Below, one piece after another: positions 17,663 through 28,298 of a stretch of DNA of 52,106 bases. A model generated the notes under the pieces. The model made no database searches and had not been told where the DNA came from. It was given only the letters and a program-made list of their open reading frames with translations. Every line of letters starts with the position of its first letter. Within the stretch, counting starts at the first letter, position 1. The stretch comes from an uncultured Candidatus Saccharibacteria bacterium (lineage in GTDB: Bacteria > Patescibacteriota > Saccharimonadia > Saccharimonadales > CAZDBS01), in the NCBI GenBank assembly GCA_964635445.1, contig CAZWNK010000002.1, positions 1-52,106 on the forward strand, in the 5' to 3' direction. The position numbers were made by a program, and so were the translations under genes.

Positions 17663-18430
17663 ATGCCGACGATTATCACGGTGACCAATCAGAAAGGTGG
17701 TGTTGGTAAGACGACGACTGCCGTCAATCTTGGAGCGTACTTGGCAAAAAATGGGAGTAGCGTACTCATCGCCGATCTCGATCCCCAAGGCAATGCGACG
17801 AGTGGTCTTGGAATAGCCAAAACAGAGCTACCGCTCACGATGTATCACGGCATGCTCGACCACACGCATGCACCCAAGCTTGTCCTCAAGACTGAAATCC
17901 CTGATCTTTTTATATTGCCCGCAAATAAAGATTTGGCGGCTGCTGAAGTTGAGCTCGTAAATCAACAGGGAAGGGAGTTTAAGCTCAAACAACTTCTGAG
18001 TATGTATGATGTCGACTACATCATCATCGATTCGCCGCCGTCACTCGGTCTCCTCACTATCAATGCTTTGACTGCCGCAAACTATATCCTTATACCTGTA
18101 CAGGCCGAATATTATGCACTCGAAGGACTAAGTCAGCTTCTCGATACTGTGCAGCGAGTCCGTCAGGCCCTTAATCCGCAACTCGATCTCTTGGGTGTAC
18201 TTTTGACGATGTATGACCCACGCACGACGCTTGCTCCGCAAGTACACAAAGAAGTGCAAGGGCATTTTAAAGATAAAGTTTTCGACGTCATTGTTCCACG
18301 TAATGTCCGCTTGGCAGAGGCGCCCAGTCACGGGAAGCCAATATCTGAGCATGATCGTTGGAGCAAGGGCGCCCGAAGTTATAAACAATTAGCCAAGGAG
18401 GTTGATAAACGTGTCAAAGGGACTCGGTAG
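17663..18430 (+). CDS. parA: Chromosome partitioning ATPase ParA/Soj
   Basis: Deviant Walker A NQKGGVGKTTTAVNL. Followed by parB. Confidence 0.95.
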   Translation: MPTIITVTNQKGGVGKTTTAVNLGAYLAKNGSSVLIADLDPQGNATSGLGIAKTELPLTMYHGMLDHTHAPKLVLKTEIPDLFILPANKDLAAAEVELVNQQGREFKLKQLLSMYDVDYIIIDSPPSLGLLTINALTAANYILIPVQAEYYALEGLSQLLDTVQRVRQALNPQLDLLGVLLTMYDPRTTLAPQVHKEVQGHFKDKVFDVIVPRNVRLAEAPSHGKPISEHDRWSKGARSYKQLAKEVDKRVKGTR

Positions 18431-19280
18431 AGGTTTAGACAGTCTTATCCCGACATCTATTGCTGATGTCAGTGATTTCACGATGACGTCCGATGACAAA
18501 AATCGGGTACAGCACTTGTCGATTGCGCAAGTGCATCCTGATCCAGCGCAGCCGCGCAAAGTTTTCGATGAAGCCGAGCTTCATGAGTTAGCTGCATCGA
18601 TAAAAGAACACGGCATCATCCAGCCGCTTATCGTCACGAAGCACGATGGTTCGTTTATGATCGTGGCAGGTGAGCGTCGTTGGCGTGCTGCACAGTTGGC
18701 AGGTCTTGAAGAGCTACCTGCTATTGTCAGAAGTACTGATGAGCTGCAGAGGCTTGAGCTTGCCTTGGTTGAAAATGTACAGCGCGAAGATCTGCGACCG
18801 CTTGATATGGCGGCAGCACTCGCTCGTTTGCAACAAGAGTTCAATCTCGATGCCGACGCTATCGCACGCAAAGTCGGGAAGGCTACGACAACTGTCATCA
18901 ATACGATGCGTTTACTACAGCTACCCGCGGAGGCGATGAATGCCTTGCAAGAAGGGAAGATCACCGAAGGGCATGCACGGTCTATCTTGGCACTCAAAGG
19001 CGACGAAAAAAAACAGCATGAGCTTCTGGACTATATTCAACGGTTTGATTGGTCAGTCCGCAAGGCTGAACAGTTTGTGACTGCATACAAACAGGGTATT
19101 ACCTCCACGCGTATGGCAGCACGTGCTACAGGCGCGCAAAATAACTTCACCCGTAGTCTGGCTCAGCGTTTGGGCACAAAAGTATTTGTCCAGCCTATGG
19201 CCAAAGGTAAGGGTCGATTGATTGTCGAATACAAAGATCAAGATGATCTCGAGCGAATTACGAAACAAATAGGCGCTTAG
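18411..19280 (+). CDS. parB: Chromosome partitioning protein ParB/Spo0J
   Basis: SKGLGRGLDSLIP, GERRWRAAQLAG and an HTH. The GTG at 18411 lies 10 nt after AAGGAGG. The TTG at 18402 listed in the track is too close to the SD. Confidence 0.92.
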   Translation: MSKGLGRGLDSLIPTSIADVSDFTMTSDDKNRVQHLSIAQVHPDPAQPRKVFDEAELHELAASIKEHGIIQPLIVTKHDGSFMIVAGERRWRAAQLAGLEELPAIVRSTDELQRLELALVENVQREDLRPLDMAAALARLQQEFNLDADAIARKVGKATTTVINTMRLLQLPAEAMNALQEGKITEGHARSILALKGDEKKQHELLDYIQRFDWSVRKAEQFVTAYKQGITSTRMAARATGAQNNFTRSLAQRLGTKVFVQPMAKGKGRLIVEYKDQDDLERITKQIGA

Positions 19281-20053
19281 AGTGCTCGGGCTTTGTTGAC
19301 GGGGAGAATACGGAATTTGGCAACACCGATGACATGATCGGCAGGGACAGTGCCAACTTGGCTTCGTGAATCGTTTGATCCGCCAGGCACACGGTTATCG
19401 CCACAGATGAATAGCTCATCTGGAGGCACGACGACATCAACATTGCCGGCAGTTGGTGCAAGGTTCTTGCCCCAAGAAGTATTGTCGGGATCAAACCCGT
19501 TTGGATTGTCTTTATTGTATATCGTGACAGTGCCGTCTTTGACGACTACACGTTCACCTGGGAGGCCGATAACACGCTTGACGAGCTGTTTGTCGTTGCC
19601 AAGTGTGGTATCGAGGACGATGATCGTGCCGCGTTTCGGTATAAAGTCATGACCAGTGATGCGTGCCCATGTGCGAGCTACTTTGATGACAATCAAACGG
19701 TCGTTGTTTTGAAGGGTCGGCGTCATACTTGTGCCGTCTACTTGATAGGGGCGGAAAATAAACGCATTGATAAACGCTGCAATCAATATGACGCTCAGAC
19801 CGAAACGAAGCAGTGAGAAGAAACTTTTAATAGAAGATGCATGAGATTCTTCTGGTTCATCTATGGGTTGCGGAGCGGGAGTGTTCGGGTGCTTGAGGGG
19901 GTTGGGAAGGTCAAGGTTAGTCGAAAGTGCGACAAGTCGATTCTTTTGATCTTGTGTGAGAGATTGACCAGAGGACATAAGTTGCACGAGGCCGTCGTAT
20001 TCAACACGTTCGTATGATCGTACGGAGTTGTTTTGATTGTTTTGAGGATTCAT
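19277..20053 (-). CDS. lepB: Signal peptidase I
   Basis: GTSMTPTL (Ser), KRVIGLPGE (Lys), GDNRVPGGSNDSR. The ATG at 20053 is preferred over the TTG at 20062. TGgTATAGT lies 8 nt upstream. Confidence 0.9.
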   Translation of the reverse strand: MNPQNNQNNSVRSYERVEYDGLVQLMSSGQSLTQDQKNRLVALSTNLDLPNPLKHPNTPAPQPIDEPEESHASSIKSFFSLLRFGLSVILIAAFINAFIFRPYQVDGTSMTPTLQNNDRLIVIKVARTWARITGHDFIPKRGTIIVLDTTLGNDKQLVKRVIGLPGERVVVKDGTVTIYNKDNPNGFDPDNTSWGKNLAPTAGNVDVVVPPDELFICGDNRVPGGSNDSRSQVGTVPADHVIGVAKFRILPVNKARAL

Positions 20054-20175
20054 CACGGTCAACTATACCATATCGATCATGCCCGTTGCGGCTATTGTTA
20101 TAGTGCAGATGGAAAAGAGTTAGGCAGAATGCTTGAGCTTTTTGATTGCGAATAGACCAACATGTCGCGTATACT

Positions 20176-21885
20176 ATGTGGAAGCAAATGAATTCACGAA
20201 AGAACCGACCCATCGACGGTTTCATCCGTCCTGATCAGTCGTCGCGCTCGCGACATCACAAGGATGCGAAGCAGCCACCCATTGTTCATCGTCCCATGCA
20301 GCCGAACCGTCCCCAGCAATTAGGGTCGTCAGATCGACACGAACTTCCCGGATCTGCTCGTACCGATGGTTTTGCATATCGCACCACGACTCATCTCGGT
20401 TTACAGCCCGCTGCAGCCTTACCTGAGACTGCTCCTGTCACCGATGAAGCTCTACCTAAGCAAAAACGCCGCTGGTTCAGTCGCAAGCAAAAAGATCTCA
20501 CTGCAAGCAAAAAACGTCGTAGTCCCGTGCTGAGAGTGCTCAAATGGGCTTTTTTGTTCATTCTCATTACAGGTCTTGGGTTTGCTGGGTATACGGGATA
20601 CAAGTTGTACTCTGCGCAATCTAAGATCATCGATCGTGAAGGCGGCTCATCGCTTGCGCTTCGCAAAAACGTTGCTCCAAGCGAACTTAACGGAGAAGGT
20701 GACGGTCGAGTCAATATCTTGCTGATTGGGAAAGGTGGCGAAGGCCATGAAGCGGGTGATCTGACAGACACATTGCTTGTCGCAAGTATTGATCCGTTCG
20801 GCAAGACAGCTGCTATCTTGAGCATCCCTCGTGATCTGTATGTGAAGGTGCCTGGGTACTATTCCATGAAGATCAATGCCGCATATGAAACCGGCAAAGA
20901 CGACGCCAAAGGCGACGAGAAAGCTGGTGTTAATCTACTTGAAAAGACCATAGAAGAACACCTAGGCATCCCTATTCATTATTATGGCATGGTAGATTTC
21001 ACTGCCTTCAAGCAAGCTGCTGATGCAGTAGGTGGTATCGATATCAATATCCAGGGTAGCGACCCGAACTGTCTCAATGGTGGTATCTATGATCCTATCT
21101 TCGACTGGCAGTATGGCAAAAACGCACTTCGATTGTATGGCGGCCAACAGCACTTGAACGGTACCCAGACGTTGTTGCTCAGTCGTGCACGTAACTCACA
21201 TGGTGGTTGCGGCATGCCTCGCTCGGACTTTGATCGTAACATGAACCAACGCAAGATCTTGGTTGCTCTTAAAGATAAGATTTTCTCACTCGATACATTT
21301 AGTAATCCTCTCAAAGTTGTGCAACTCATGGATGCAGCTGGCGATCACGTCAGGACAAACATACGAACAACAGAAATTGCTCGTTTGTATCAACTTGGCA
21401 AAGATATACCATCAGATCAAATCCAGTCTCTAAGCTTGGTGGATGGCGATAAGCCTCTTGTGCAAGGCGCTATGATCAATGGCGCATCAGTTGTCGTGCC
21501 GATAGCGGGGGTTGGGAATTATGACGCAATCCGAGCATTCGTTCGCAGCTCGCTTGTCGATGGATACATCAAGAAAGAAGGCGCCAAGGTGGCAGTACTA
21601 AATGGCGCTGGCGTACCTGGTCTCGCAAAAACTAAAGCCGATGAACTTAAGAGCTATGGGTATCAAGTCGTATACGTCGGTGACGCGACAACAGGTGTTG
21701 CCAAGACGCAGCTTATCGATGCTACTAAGTCGGCAACAGCCAAGCCCTATACCAAACGATACCTGGAACAACGCTTCAAGGTAATCGGTCAATCTGGCCA
21801 ATTGCCAGTCGAAGTCACGGATCCCACAGTAGATTTTGTTATAATACTGGGGCAAGATGCGACTACTCAAACGTCTAACAACTAA
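20176..21885 (+). CDS. LytR-CpsA-Psr (LCP) family cell-envelope phosphotransferase with C-terminal LytR_C-like domain
   Basis: N-terminal TM, RVNILLIGKGGEGHEAGDLTDTLLVASIDP, SIPRDLYV, core R..SR motif. Start uncertain (TTG 20146, ATG 20176, ATG 20188). Confidence 0.88.
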   Translation: MWKQMNSRKNRPIDGFIRPDQSSRSRHHKDAKQPPIVHRPMQPNRPQQLGSSDRHELPGSARTDGFAYRTTTHLGLQPAAALPETAPVTDEALPKQKRRWFSRKQKDLTASKKRRSPVLRVLKWAFLFILITGLGFAGYTGYKLYSAQSKIIDREGGSSLALRKNVAPSELNGEGDGRVNILLIGKGGEGHEAGDLTDTLLVASIDPFGKTAAILSIPRDLYVKVPGYYSMKINAAYETGKDDAKGDEKAGVNLLEKTIEEHLGIPIHYYGMVDFTAFKQAADAVGGIDINIQGSDPNCLNGGIYDPIFDWQYGKNALRLYGGQQHLNGTQTLLLSRARNSHGGCGMPRSDFDRNMNQRKILVALKDKIFSLDTFSNPLKVVQLMDAAGDHVRTNIRTTEIARLYQLGKDIPSDQIQSLSLVDGDKPLVQGAMINGASVVVPIAGVGNYDAIRAFVRSSLVDGYIKKEGAKVAVLNGAGVPGLAKTKADELKSYGYQVVYVGDATTGVAKTQLIDATKSATAKPYTKRYLEQRFKVIGQSGQLPVEVTDPTVDFVIILGQDATTQTSNN

Positions 21886-22627
21886 CACATATAAAGGCAC
21901 TTCTCACTATCTCCATATAGGATTGAATGCGTTGTTGCCGTTTATCCTCGTCGGATTTGTGCGCTTGCGTCTCGTGCCGCTTGCTTTTCTTGTCGTCGTA
22001 TTAAGTAAGTGGCGCATGCTCGCCGTCAAGATTCGTTATTGGTGGCCTAATATCTTGGCCAATACTGTCGACATTATTGTCGGCATGAGTGCAGTCGTAT
22101 ATATCAACCGCGCAGGCTCACTTATCGCACAATTGCTGTACGCGTTACTCTACAGTCTATGGCTGACCATTGTGAAGCCGCGCTCGGCTTTCAATTGGGT
22201 TGTAGCACAAGCGATCATCGCCGAAAGTCTTGGCCTCTCGGTCATATTTTCCCATCAATCAATATCAAGTGCCCAGCGTACGTATCCAGAAGCATTCGTC
22301 GTCGTAGCTGGCTTCCTCATCGGTTTCGCATGTGCACGGCATGTTTTGAGCAATATCGCCGATGGACTCAAAGAATCGTACGCATTGTTCTGGGGTTTGG
22401 TAGTCGCCGAGCTAACGTGGTTGGGTGATCGCTGGGTGTTGCTGTATGCCGGGATCACACATGTGGCGATCATCTGTGGGGGATTAGGGTATGTCGCCAT
22501 CGAGCTGCATAAATCAGCGATGCGGGACACGCTTACCAAACAAAAACGCTTCCTCTATCTATTCTTTGTCACAGCACTTCTGGCCATAATCGTTATACTG
22601 TCTGACTGGAAACGATATTTATATTAA
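21857..22627 (+). CDS. Polytopic integral membrane protein of unknown function, overlapping the LCP gene 3' end by 29 nt
   Basis: 256 aa with about 7 hydrophobic helices. No motif recognised. Confidence 0.65.
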   Translation: MRLLKRLTTNTYKGTSHYLHIGLNALLPFILVGFVRLRLVPLAFLVVVLSKWRMLAVKIRYWWPNILANTVDIIVGMSAVVYINRAGSLIAQLLYALLYSLWLTIVKPRSAFNWVVAQAIIAESLGLSVIFSHQSISSAQRTYPEAFVVVAGFLIGFACARHVLSNIADGLKESYALFWGLVVAELTWLGDRWVLLYAGITHVAIICGGLGYVAIELHKSAMRDTLTKQKRFLYLFFVTALLAIIVILSDWKRYLY

Positions 22628-22661
22628 GCTCGTGTTCAGCTAAGTGATATTGAATGGGGTC

Positions 22662-23807
22662 ATGCGTATGAATGGGAAAAAAGCTTTATCGTCGATTGAT
22701 GTCAAACAATTTGTCATGATAGTTCTGGCGCTTGTCGCTGGGTTTGTGGGCGGGTATGCAGGGAGTAGGACAGATAAAAATCTCGTCACTACGAACACAT
22801 CTACACAACAGAAAATACAAGTCGTTTCGAGCGAGAGTCAGCTCATATCACAAATAGCCAAAGACGTCGGACAAAGTGTCGTGTCGGTGAATGTGTCTGG
22901 AAGTGCGGGTGTCGATTTATTTGGAAGCGTTGTGCAGCAGCAAGGTGCTGGAACGGGCATTATTATCAGCGCCGATGGGTACATCATGACTAATCGACAT
23001 GTCGTGGCGGAAGGGACGAGTACTGTGAGCGTGACAACTGCCGATGGCACAAAGTATGATGATGTGCAGATCGTGGGGCGCGACACCGCCAACGATATCG
23101 CGTTTCTCAAAGTCAAAAACCCCAAGAACTTCAAGGCCGTAAAACTCGGAGATTCTACGCAAGTACAAGTGGGTGACAAGGTAGTGGCGATTGGCAATGC
23201 CGAAGGACAGTTTCATAATACCGTCACGTCGGGTATCATCTCAGGACTCGGACGAGACATCACAGCTGGTGATGCTTCATCGGGCAGTACTGAGCCGTTG
23301 CGTAATCTCATCCAGACCGATGCTGCTATCAATCAAGGTAATTCTGGCGGTCCACTCGTCAATCTCAATGGAGAAGTGATTGGTATGAACACTGCCGTAG
23401 CGGGTAGCGCCGAGAACCTCGGCTTTGCGATACCTATCACCGATGCGCAAGGCATCATCAAGACGGTCCTGACGCAAGGTCGTATCGTCCGTCCATATCT
23501 GGGAGTTCGATATGTAGCGATTACGGATGACATCGCTTACGAATATAATCTACCCGTGAAGCGCGGCGCATACCTGGCTCCAAGCCGTTCTCAAACAGTC
23601 GTCTTGCCTGATAGTCCTGCTGCCAAAGCTGGCCTCAAAGAAAAAGACATCATCACGAAGATCGGCGACACTGCGATTGATGAAAAAACGAGTCTCTCGA
23701 CAGCCCTCAGCAAATACAATGTCGGTGATACCATCAAAGTAAAAATATATCGAGACGGCAAAGAACAAACCGTAGATGTGAAATTAGAAGAAGCGAAGGC
23801 TCAATAA
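22662..23807 (+). CDS. htrA: HtrA/DegP-family serine protease with one PDZ domain
   Basis: TNRHVV (His), NDIAFLKV (Asp), GNSGGPLVN (Ser), C-terminal PDZ. N-terminal TM. Start may be 22644, 22662 or 22668. Confidence 0.9.
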   Translation: MRMNGKKALSSIDVKQFVMIVLALVAGFVGGYAGSRTDKNLVTTNTSTQQKIQVVSSESQLISQIAKDVGQSVVSVNVSGSAGVDLFGSVVQQQGAGTGIIISADGYIMTNRHVVAEGTSTVSVTTADGTKYDDVQIVGRDTANDIAFLKVKNPKNFKAVKLGDSTQVQVGDKVVAIGNAEGQFHNTVTSGIISGLGRDITAGDASSGSTEPLRNLIQTDAAINQGNSGGPLVNLNGEVIGMNTAVAGSAENLGFAIPITDAQGIIKTVLTQGRIVRPYLGVRYVAITDDIAYEYNLPVKRGAYLAPSRSQTVVLPDSPAAKAGLKEKDIITKIGDTAIDEKTSLSTALSKYNVGDTIKVKIYRDGKEQTVDVKLEEAKAQ

Positions 23808-23819
23808 AAGGAGCCAGCT

Positions 23820-24665
23820 TTACGAGCGTTTAAAGAGTTGGATAAAGTCATCTTCGGCTTGCTCGGTATACCCATGCTCGGTCGCAATGGCACGTAGTTC
23901 ATCATGCTGAAATGGGAGCGATTCAGTCAAGACATAGTTGGCTTTATGTGTATCAAGTTGCGTGAATAGCTGTCGATACAGATCCAAGCCATCTGAGCCG
24001 CCAAATATTGCGACCCGAGGTTCCATCATAGCTGCGTCATTGAGTTGATAGTGATCGGGGACGTAGGGGAGATTGGCCAAGAGGACAGAAGTCGGAATTC
24101 GGAATTCGGAAGCTAAAAATGGCTCAAGCAAGTTACCGTGGTAAAAACGGATATCAACAGTATGTTTTTTGGCGTTTTTGCGTGCGAGTTCGAGGCAGTT
24201 GGGATCAATATCAGTCGCCGATACTGTTGACTCCGGGAACTCGAGTTTGGCGGTGATAGCAATTGCTCCAGAACCAGTACCTACATCAGTGATATTCCAT
24301 GGTCGTGGATCAGAAATAGTTTTGATTAGTTCGATCATAGTTTCTGATTCGGGACGGGGTTCGAGGACATCATGGTTGAGAAGAAAATCGCGTCCATAGA
24401 ATTCGGTTTTGCCACGAACATATGCAAGCGGAAAGTGCTGTAGTCGCTGTGTGAGCTGCGTATCGAGTGTTGCGACATCAAGATCTCGGAGTCTCGTCTC
24501 AGAGTGTGCGAGGATCCAGGACTTATCTTTCTCGAGTGCGTCTTGTAGGAGAACGAGAGCATCGAGTCGAGCGGTACCAATATTGGCACCTTCCAATGCA
24601 CGCGTGGCTTCTTTGAGCCATTGACCGATAGTCTTAGGCTTCTGTGGTGATGAGTTGGCGTTCAT
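23820..24665 (-). CDS. prmC: Release-factor glutamine N5-methyltransferase PrmC/HemK
   Basis: SAM motif [11 protein letters not shown], catalytic NLPYV (NPPY variant). Overlaps the prfA stop. Confidence 0.9.
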   Translation of the reverse strand: MNANSSPQKPKTIGQWLKEATRALEGANIGTARLDALVLLQDALEKDKSWILAHSETRLRDLDVATLDTQLTQRLQHFPLAYVRGKTEFYGRDFLLNHDVLEPRPESETMIELIKTISDPRPWNITDVGTGSGAIAITAKLEFPESTVSATDIDPNCLELARKNAKKHTVDIRFYHGNLLEPFLASEFRIPTSVLLANLPYVPDHYQLNDAAMMEPRVAIFGGSDGLDLYRQLFTQLDTHKANYVLTESLPFQHDELRAIATEHGYTEQAEDDFIQLFKRS

Positions 24666-25692
24666 AGGTATGCAGTGCTTCTACGATATCATCGATATCG
24701 CCATCGAGAGCGGCTGGCAGATTGCTGCGGGAGTAGCCGATGCGGTGATCTGTGATGCGGTCCTGTGGGAAATTATATGTACGAATCTTCTCAGAGCGAT
24801 CACCGGAGCCGATCAATTTCTTGCGAGCATCCGACAGTTGCTTCTGTTCCTCTTCGATCTTCAGAGCAAGCAGGCGAGAGCGTAAGACCTGCATCGCCTT
24901 TTCTTTGTTGCTGATCTGACTTTTTTCATCCTGACATGTCACGACAAGCCCGGTAGGTAAGTGCGTGATGCGTACCGCAGAGTCAGTAGTATTGACCGAC
25001 TGGCCGCCGTGTCCACCGGAGCGGAAGACATCAACTCGTAAGTCGTTGGGAGAAATGACGATGTCGGTCTCTTCGGCTTCAGGCAAGATTGCAACGGTCA
25101 CTGTAGACGTATGGATGCGACCACTTGATTCGGTGACGGGAACACGTTGCACGCGGTGGACCCCAGCTTCAAATTTCAACATACGGAATGCATTTTCGCC
25201 TTTGACGGCGAAGATAATTTCTTTGTAGCCGCCGGCCTCAGAAGGACTTTCACTGACGAGCGATGTTTTGAAGCTATGACGCTCACAGTATCTGACGTAC
25301 ATACGATAAAGTTCACCCGCGAAGAGCGATGCTTCGTCGCCTCCAGCGGCAGCACGGATTTCGATAATAGCGTCACGGGAGTCGTTGGGATCTTTTGGAG
25401 TGAGAGCTTCGGTGAGATCAGCCTCAGTTTTGACTAACTTTGTTTCGAGTTCTTCGAGTTCAGATGTGGCAAGTTCAGCCAGATCGGCATCTGAACCGGT
25501 AGCCAGCTCTCTGGCTTCTTGAATCTGCGTGATGAGGGTTTGTTTGAGATCGTAAAGCTCGATGATAGTTTTGAGTTCGCTTAAGCGCCGAGATTTTTTA
25601 CTCACGTCTGGATCGGCATAGGCATCGGGGCGAGCAAAAAACACTTCGAGCTCGTCCATCTCCTGTCGTAATGCGGTGATTTTTTCTTCCAC
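24634..25692 (-). CDS. prfA: Peptide chain release factor 1
   Basis: PVT tripeptide (RVPVTES) and [15 protein letters not shown] start. Confidence 0.95.
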   Translation of the reverse strand: MEEKITALRQEMDELEVFFARPDAYADPDVSKKSRRLSELKTIIELYDLKQTLITQIQEARELATGSDADLAELATSELEELETKLVKTEADLTEALTPKDPNDSRDAIIEIRAAAGGDEASLFAGELYRMYVRYCERHSFKTSLVSESPSEAGGYKEIIFAVKGENAFRMLKFEAGVHRVQRVPVTESSGRIHTSTVTVAILPEAEETDIVISPNDLRVDVFRSGGHGGQSVNTTDSAVRITHLPTGLVVTCQDEKSQISNKEKAMQVLRSRLLALKIEEEQKQLSDARKKLIGSGDRSEKIRTYNFPQDRITDHRIGYSRSNLPAALDGDIDDIVEALHTYERQLITTEA

Positions 25693-25703
25693 GATCTTAT
25701 CCT

Positions 25704-25735
25704 ATAGAAAAACACGAGCAAAAACTACTCGTGTT
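25704..25735 (-). terminator. Rho-independent terminator downstream of rpmE (between rpmE and prfA)
   Basis: On the minus strand, AACACGAG-9 nt loop-CTCGTGTT followed by TTTCTAT. Confidence 0.65.
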
Positions 25736-25754
25736 TTGATTGGTTTAGCGAACG

Positions 25755-26144
25755 TTACTCAGCAGGTTTGTCGGCAGCTGGCTTTTTGGCTTGAGGTTTT
25801 GGTGATGTAGCGCCAATTTTCTGGACTGTTGGGCGAACTTTGGTTCGGACCTTGGCCTTTTTCTTGGCAGCGTTCGTGAGACGTTCTTTGTGTGCTTCAC
25901 GCGCAGCAGTTCGTGCTTTGAATTTGTCGACACGGCCTTCCATGTCAAGGAGTTTTTCTTGTCCGGTATAGAAGGGATGGGAAGCGCTTGTGATGTGGAC
26001 TTTGACGAGCGGATACTCGTTGCCGTCTTCCCATTTGATAGTCTCGTCAGCCTTGATAGTCGAACGAGTAAGTATGCGAAAACCGTTCGAGAGATCTTCG
26101 AACACTACGTATCGATATTCGGCTGGATGTAAGTCTTTTTTCAT
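25755..26144 (-). CDS. rpmE: 50S ribosomal protein L31 (type B, no CxxC) with a Lys/Ala/Pro-rich C-terminal extension of about 50 aa
   Basis: [22 protein letters not shown]...[26 protein letters not shown], then [36 protein letters not shown]. Confidence 0.9.
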   Translation of the reverse strand: MKKDLHPAEYRYVVFEDLSNGFRILTRSTIKADETIKWEDGNEYPLVKVHITSASHPFYTGQEKLLDMEGRVDKFKARTAAREAHKERLTNAAKKKAKVRTKVRPTVQKIGATSPKPQAKKPAADKPAE

Positions 26145-26191
26145 AGATCTCGTGGATTATACCCTCATATCTGTTGTGAGTCAAACGTGAG

Positions 26192-26220
26192 TTGCATATC
26201 TGTTGCATATCTGTTATGAT
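26192..26220 (+). promoter_or_regulatory. Candidate rpsB promoter TTGCAT-17-TATGAT, built from an iterated CATATCTGTT motif
   Basis: TTGCAT 26192-26197, TATGAT 26215-26220. Leaves a leader of about 100 nt before rpsB. Confidence 0.45.
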
Positions 26221-26324
26221 TCATCCGTCACAAATATAAGCAACGTGAGGCATTGATCCTCCCCGCATAGGCCGCTTGGCTGGTGTAGTGGGCAAGTCAC
26301 ACGTGAAGTAAAGGATTCATACAC

Positions 26325-27089
26325 ATGACGCAAGTCGATATCAAGGCTTTGCTCGAAGCCGGTGCGCATTTCGGCCACCAATCGAGTCGTTGGCACCCAA
26401 AAATGGCGCCATATATTCATAGTAAACGTAATGGTACCCATATCATCGATTTGACCAAGACGGTCGAAGCGCTTGAACAAGCCCTTCCGGCCATCACAGA
26501 GGTCGCGGCTCGCGGCCAGCAGATCTTGCTCGTCGGTACCAAGAAACAGGCACAAGCGATCGTCGAGAAAGCTGCTGCGGATACCGGTATGCCATATGTC
26601 ACGGTTCGTTGGTTTGGTGGTATGTTGACCAACTCCAAGACCATCATGGCTCGTGTGAAGTATCTCAAAGACCTCGAAGCTAAGATGGAGAGCGGGGAAC
26701 TCGCCAGCAAGTACTCCAAGCTAGAAGTGCAGCGCTTCCAAGAAGAAATCGATAAGCTCAACGAAGCATTCGGTGGCATCAAGAACATGAATAATACTCC
26801 GGGCCTCGTTTTCGCAACTGATATGCTTGTCGATCATCTCGCTATCAAAGAAGCAACTCGGCTCGGTATCCCGGTTGTCGCTATCAGTGACAGCAACGCC
26901 GACCCATCAGTCATCAAATATCCAATTCCTGCCAATGATGATGCGATCAAGACAATCCAACTCATCACTGACTATGTCGTCGCTGCCATCAATGACGGCA
27001 AAGCCAAAGTCAAAGCGCCTACCAAAGATAAGACTGAGGCGCCAGTTGAAGCTAAGCCAGAAGCTAAAGAAGCTGTAGAAGCAAAATAA
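26325..27089 (+). CDS. rpsB: 30S ribosomal protein S2
   Basis: LLEAGAHFGHQSSRWHPKM...GGMLTN... with a Lys/Glu/Ala-rich tail. Confidence 0.97.
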   Translation: MTQVDIKALLEAGAHFGHQSSRWHPKMAPYIHSKRNGTHIIDLTKTVEALEQALPAITEVAARGQQILLVGTKKQAQAIVEKAAADTGMPYVTVRWFGGMLTNSKTIMARVKYLKDLEAKMESGELASKYSKLEVQRFQEEIDKLNEAFGGIKNMNNTPGLVFATDMLVDHLAIKEATRLGIPVVAISDSNADPSVIKYPIPANDDAIKTIQLITDYVVAAINDGKAKVKAPTKDKTEAPVEAKPEAKEAVEAK

Positions 27090-27100
27090 GGGAGAATACA

Positions 27101-27697
27101 ATGGGTGTAACTATTGAGGAGATCAAGCGTCTCCGTGAACTCACAGGTGTCGGTATGACCGATGCCAAGCAAGCATTGACTGAAACGGACGGGGACTTTG
27201 ACAAGGCCCTGGAAGCAATGCGCAAAAAAGGTCTGACCAAAGCAGAGAAGCGTGGTGAACGCGAAGCTCGCAGCGGTGTTATCGGCACATACAATCATGA
27301 CAATCGAATCGGCGTGTTGATCGAAGTGAACTGTGAGACAGATTTTGTCGCTCGCAATGATGTTTTCACAGACCTCGTCAAAGATCTCGCCATGCATGTT
27401 GCAGCGTCAGCGCCCGAATACGTCAGCGCCGATCAAGTGTCCGAAGAAGCTCGAACCAAAGTCGAAGCTGAGTTTAGCGATAAAGTTAAGTCCGAAGGCA
27501 AGCCAGAGAATATGGTTCCGCAAATTGTTGAAGGAATGCTCAAAAAGCACTTCGCTGAGCGTTGTCTTCTCGAGCAGCCATTTGTCAAAAATCCCGACGT
27601 CACCGTCGATAGTATCGTCAAAGAAGCGGCTGCCAAGCTCGGTGAAAACATCGTCGTTCGACGCTTTGCTCGCATGCAACTTGGCGAAGTTGCCTAG
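27101..27697 (+). CDS. tsf: Elongation factor Ts
   Basis: IKRLRELTGVGMTDAKQALTETDGDFDKALEAMRKKG, EVNCETDFVARN. Confidence 0.96.
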   Translation: MGVTIEEIKRLRELTGVGMTDAKQALTETDGDFDKALEAMRKKGLTKAEKRGEREARSGVIGTYNHDNRIGVLIEVNCETDFVARNDVFTDLVKDLAMHVAASAPEYVSADQVSEEARTKVEAEFSDKVKSEGKPENMVPQIVEGMLKKHFAERCLLEQPFVKNPDVTVDSIVKEAAAKLGENIVVRRFARMQLGEVA

Positions 27698-27732
27698 GCC
27701 TTCCTGTACAATAGTTTGAAGGAGGAATATTG

Positions 27733-28296
27733 ATGAACCCAACGTTCAGCGTGGATCAAGCCAAACAAAAGTTCACACAAGCGCTCAATCATCTCCAGGA
27801 TGAGCTCAAAAAAATACGAACTGGTAGAGCTCACCCGAGTATGCTCGAAGGAATCGTGGTGCAGGCATATGGAACGCCTATGCCGCTCATACAAGTCGCA
27901 AATGTTACTGCTCCCGAGGCACAACTACTCCAGATCACGCCGTTTGACCCCAGCAATATTCAGGCAATCGCACAAGCTATACGAGACGATCAATCGCTCG
28001 GACTCAATCCGACGGATGACGGTCGCGTGGTTCGTGTTCCTATTCCAGCCTTGACGACTGAACGTCGACAGCAAATTGCCAAACAACTTGGCGAAAAACT
28101 AGAAGATACCATGATCGCTTTTCGCGGTGTTCGACATGATGCACTCAAAGATATCGAACAAGCCAAGAAAGACAAATCGCTCAGCGAAGATGAGGCCTCT
28201 CGACTCGAGAAACAAGTAGATGAAGCCATGGCTGAGGCCAAGAATCAAGCAGAATCGTTTGCGAAGACTAAAGAAAAAGAAATCATGACGGTATAA
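27733..28296 (+). CDS. frr: Ribosome recycling factor
   Basis: LKKIRTGRAHPSMLEGI...VPIPALTTERRQQ. ATG lies 7 nt after GGAGG. Confidence 0.95.
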   Translation: MNPTFSVDQAKQKFTQALNHLQDELKKIRTGRAHPSMLEGIVVQAYGTPMPLIQVANVTAPEAQLLQITPFDPSNIQAIAQAIRDDQSLGLNPTDDGRVVRVPIPALTTERRQQIAKQLGEKLEDTMIAFRGVRHDALKDIEQAKKDKSLSEDEASRLEKQVDEAMAEAKNQAESFAKTKEKEIMTV

Positions 28297-28298
28297 CG

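Noticed and set aside
17057-17788. 243-aa minus-strand ORF spanning the end of the surface-protein gene and the start of parA
   Set aside because: It is antisense to two well-supported plus-strand genes. The Arg/Trp-rich nonsense composition mirrors the Pro/Gln-rich tail. The same reasoning applies to 16114..16533 and 16546..17013.
18292-18307. parS-like sequence TGTTCCACGTAATGTC inside parA
   Set aside because: Only the left half matches the TGTTNCACGTGAAACA consensus. The right half is unrelated, so it is not a palindrome. No better parS candidate was seen by eye in the window.
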